From Diplonema japonicum (taxonomy: Eukaryota > Protista > Euglenozoa: Diplonemea), in assembly GCA_964019335.1 (NCBI GenBank), contig OZ025747.1, positions 297,196 through 361,195 on the forward strand: DNA of 64,000 nucleotides. The letters are read 5' to 3'. The position numbers were made by a program, and so were the translations under genes. Of the stretch, positions 60,102-64,000 are shown one piece after another. Position 1 is the first letter of the stretch; every line of letters starts with the position of its first letter. Under the pieces are notes generated by a model that was not told the DNA's origin, searched no databases, and saw only the letters and a program-made list of their open reading frames with translations.

Positions 60102-63100
60102 GTGTCCGACCGTGCCAATAAAGTCAATAGGTAATACGGTTTGTAAAGAATGAAAATTGAAAGAAGTTGAGAAAGCAGATCGCAGAAAAGAGAGCTAAAA
60201 GAGGGTAAAAGAAGACATTGAAGTTGACAAGAAGTAAAAAAAAAAAAAAAAAGGAAGCAGAGCAGAGGACGAGCAGTATGGAGAGACTGCGAGCGGGGTT
60301 ACGCGGGTACGGCCTGGGGCTGGAGGGAGGGGCCGGAGGGCTGTACGCGGTGGCGGGGTCGAAGACGGGAAAGAAGGGACATGAGGTGCGGCGCCTCATG
60401 GTGCAGGAGCTGCGGGGCAACGACAAGGAGTACACGAAGCTCCTTGAGGAAGGCACAGACTACGACGAGTACTGTGTCGCCCACCCGAAGGACGGGACGA
60501 GCGCAGACCTGGTCTGTGTGCTGGCAGTGGCTAGGGCCACGCTGATGGACATCAACGTCGCCACCTTCTCAGGGGACACCTTCATCGTCTACCCGGTGCC
60601 TGGGAAACCGAAGAAGGGACAGAAGCCGGTCCACATCGCCTTCGACGGGAAGTCCTTCTACGGCGTCATCGAGCCGAGGACACCGTCGGCACTGAAAGGG
60701 GTGACAGCCACGGACTTCACCCCCCCAAAAGTAGGGGTCCCCGTAGCGGATGGACAGAAGAAGGCGTGGACGGTGGTCGGCAAACCACAACGAAAAGCAA
60801 GGATGACGAAGAAGGAGGAAAGGGCGTGGAAGCTAGAAAGCGGCCAGTACAACGTCCCTTTCGTAACGTGGGAGGAGTTACTCGAGGGCAAGGACGGGGT
60901 AGCGATGGCCAGTGAAAAGTGCGTGGAGGAGGCAGCAGGACAGGAGTGGACGGGGAACAAGGCCTTATTGCTGAAGAAGGACGGTGAAGGAAGACACAAG
61001 CACGACATCGTTCTGCAAGATGGGAAGGCATACTCCAACAGACGGATGTTCGTGCTATTACTATCCGGAAAAATAGAACGCGTCACAAGGGAGGACACAC
61101 GGGACGTAAAGTTAGGGGAGCACTACAGCAGGGCAGCGGTAATCATACCGAAGGCATATGTACCTTCTTCACTGTGGGAGACGGCGGCAACGTCGCCAAG
61201 GAAGTGGCTGACAGAAGTCCTCAAGTTCGAGTCGATCATAGCAGTGTCCAAGGTGTCGAGCGGCCCGAACCCCCACGTAGACGCACTGGTGACGTTGCCG
61301 AAGGTCGAGCTCGCCAACATGGTAAAGGGGTCCGGAAGCAAAGGGGTCTTCATCAAACCAAGGGATGGCAAGCCGCAGCCAGTTGCATGGCTGCCGAAAG
61401 AGACCACGCTGGAACAGGCGCTGAGCTTCGGCGAGGGACACGGCCTGGCCCTGAGGGAGTCCGACGGGAGACTAGGTGTCAGAACCACAGAAGAAGGGAA
61501 GATTCCGCTGCTTAGCCGAATACTCGGAGAGGAGACGAGGAAGAGCGGACAACACGGGGAGCCGATGTGGAGACTCTCGGGGCTCTACCGTGAGGCGGGG
61601 GAAGTGCAGGTGCGACACATCCTGCGGGCCATAGGATGGAATGGTGTACCAGTGCGCGGCAGCTGGGCGGGCAACACGAAGTGCTGGCTGATACGAGGAC
61701 CGCAACCGCCGACGACACCCCTCCGTATTACGGGACCGCAGGGGGACGTTCTGCATTGCAGGATTGCTCAGGATGAGGGACCACCACCGAACGGTAAGCC
61801 GAGGACAACCCAGGTGTGGGGCAGGCAGCAACACCGGGAAAGTCGTTCCTGAACGCTCTCAAGAATGGCCCGACACAGGGGGGACCACGGCCCAGCACAA
61901 GCGACCCCGCCAGACACGGAAAGCAATCGGACTCAAAGCAGACAGGACCACGCCCCAGCACAGGTGGTGCCTCGACTGAGAAAGCGCAGAAGACAAAGAC
62001 AGCAGAGAACAAACAACAAACCTCTGCAGTGGAAGACAGGCTCACCGCCATCGAGCGCGCCCTTAAAAAGATCGCGGGAGGACCGACACCGGAGGTCAAA
62101 CCTACAGCGGAGGTAGAGAGGCTAAGGCAGGAAAACGCCCGACTGGAGAGGGAAGTCCAGAAAATGGGGACGCAAATGGACATGATGTCCAAACAGATCG
62201 GGGAACTGATGAAGCAGGTTAAGAGCGGGCCGGCCCCCCTTGGACAGACCTTCGCACAGAAAATAGCCCAAGGAAAAGAACAATCTTTTGACTTTACGGA
62301 CGATGACGACGACTTGGGACCCCCACCAACAGAAGAAGACGAGGAAATGGAACGAGAACCAGAGGGAGAGGACGAGGACGAAGATTGCGATTGGAGAATC
62401 TGCAAGGCGACCGGGAGCTCACACGTTTTCAACAATGTGTTCCATCACTGGGACGCGGGATGCAGTGTTTGTGGGGAGGCCCTCACGAAGAAGAGACAAG
62501 GTGTAAAGTGCCTCCAGCAGGATTGTATGGTGTGTGTTTGCCGAGCATGCGCGAAGTGACATGAAGTGAACGATGACCCCCACTCACGCGCCAATCCCCT
62601 CCCCTCATCATCATCAAAATCGATATCATCAGTAACATCATCATCATCAACATCACTTGAACCATCGAAATATGACCCAAAAGGGTTAGCCGAAAAGAAA
62701 TTCGAGCGACTGGTCGTGGATGGGATAGAGCCAAACCCGGGACCCATCGTGCCCCGCCCGCCAGCGGGGAATAGCTTCACGATCCTAACACATAATGGAT
62801 CGTCATTGAACAACCGTCTCGGAGAGTACGCGGGTGTCCTCCCGGATGTGTTCTGCATGCAGGAGACGGCACTCACGGCGCAAACGCAGTTGGAAATAGA
62901 ACGAGTACTGAGAGAGGACGAGTGGGGGAAGCAGTACGAAAGGCTGTGGAGCAAACCGCAACCGGGGAGGAAGTCCAAGGGAGTCACCTCGCTGACCATA
63001 GCAGAACGAGGAGGGCTGGGAACACTGGTGAAGAAGCCGAGGACAGCAGTTCGATGTGAAACGAGCGGACCGCACAAAGATCGGTGGACGCACGTCAATG

Positions 63101-63629
63101 TGTCGCTAGACGCCGACAAACGCTGGTTCCACATAGTGAACGTCTACTGCCACTCCGGCCAGGACCCCATCAAGAAGGGAAAGCGATTCCATTGCTGCTG
63201 CGTCCGTCGTCCGTCGTCGCCGTCGTCCGGGGGGGTTGTTTTGCCTGTCGGCCTGCCCGCCGCTTACCGAAAGGATCCCCTCCCCCAACACACACTTTAA
63301 AAAAAAATAAAAAAAATAAAAAATGGATCCAAGACGGAATGCAAGAGGAGGTGACCGCGCAAACCGCAGGGAGAAGGAACCCCGACAGGCCGCCAGGCTG
63401 CACACGACGCCAGGGCCGACCCAACCAGACTATCTGGTTGGGCAGTATGAATCCCCACCCCCACCCCCTAGATCCCCCCACCCCCCTTTAGAAAAAAAAA
63501 ATAAAATAAAAAAATCACTAGCAGAGACCGCGGTTTTGACCGCCGCTGCTACAGCCACGGCCGCCCCAGCCGCCCTGAACGCCGCAGCCGACCCTGCCGC
63601 CCTGATCGCCGCAACTGAGACCGCCGCAG
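60086..63629 (+). mobile_element. Non-LTR retrotransposon C: ORF1 (OTU-like, gag-like, Cys-rich finger), 2A-like motif, truncated APE, then 3'-end-like segments
   Basis: ORF1 from ATG 60278 to 62559 with one frameshift near 61820-61850. In-frame continuation contains GIEPNPGP and APE motifs TILTHN, DVFCMQET, GGLGTLV and HIVNVY. RT is absent after about 63180. Confidence 0.78.
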
Positions 63630-64000
63630 CCGCAAACCCGCAAACCCGCAAACCCGCAAACCCGCAAACCCGCAAACCCGCAAACCCGCAAACCCGCAAA
63701 CCCGCAAACCCGCAAACCCGCAAACCCGCAAACCCGCAAACCCGCAAACCCGCAAACCCGCAAACCCGCAAACCCGCAAACCCGCAAACCCGCAAACCCG
63801 CAAACCCGCAAACCCGCAAACCCGCAAACCCGCAAACCCGCAAACCCGCAAACCCGCAAACCCGCAAACCCGCAAACCCGCAAACCCGCAAACCCGCAAA
63901 CCCGCAAACCCGCAAACCCGCAAACCCCGCAAACCCGCAAACCCGCAAACCCGCAAACCCGCAAACCCGCAAACCCGCAAACCCGCAAACCCGCAAACCC
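63630..64000. repeat. Tandem octamer array (CCCGCAAA)n / (TTTGCGGG)n, about 46 units, runs off the window
   Basis: Near-perfect repeat with a single 9-nt variant (CCCCGCAAA) near 63925. Confidence 0.98.

Noticed and set aside
61816-61852. Programmed -1 frameshift in element C ORF1 (GGGAAAG)
   Set aside because: The heptamer is not in the required zero-frame phase; a 1-nt deletion in a decayed copy is simpler.
63430-63996. Three (LRVCGFAG)n ORFs
   Set aside because: Artefacts of translating a stop-free octamer repeat.

Overview
Eukaryotic nuclear DNA, most likely a euglenozoan and probably a diplonemid (inference). The basis is that every recognisable gene is on the + strand, often with very short spacers; there is a kinetoplastid-type LRR-PKA regulatory subunit; alpha-tubulin ends EEDVEEY; there is a 16-nt match to the euglenozoan spliced-leader 3' end; yet many tiny GT-AG cis-introns are present. 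Bases 1-50.2 kb hold about 27 co-directional genes: a TRPV-like channel, SSADH-type ALDH, 2x RPL30, mL44-like, PKA-R, DDX54/DBP10, SPO11, 2x G1-peptidase-like, a Sel1-repeat protein, a PARP-like/B-box protein, 5x actin, alpha-tubulin, a calcyphosine-like multidomain protein and a spastin-like ATPase. I could place 20 introns of 32-60 nt with A/C-rich 3' ends, several very close to the stop codon. Two AT-rich gaps contain a TIR MITE (11.75-12.78 kb) and a probable Crypton-like tyrosine-recombinase relic (19.8-20.5 kb). From about 51 kb onward the window is a nest of decayed non-LTR retrotransposons. The last element starts with a spliced-leader remnant, encodes an OTU-like/zinc-finger ORF1, has a 2A-like GIEPNPGP motif before its APE domain, and runs into a (CCCGCAAA)n array at the window end. 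All domain calls are by-eye motif recognition; no database search was run.
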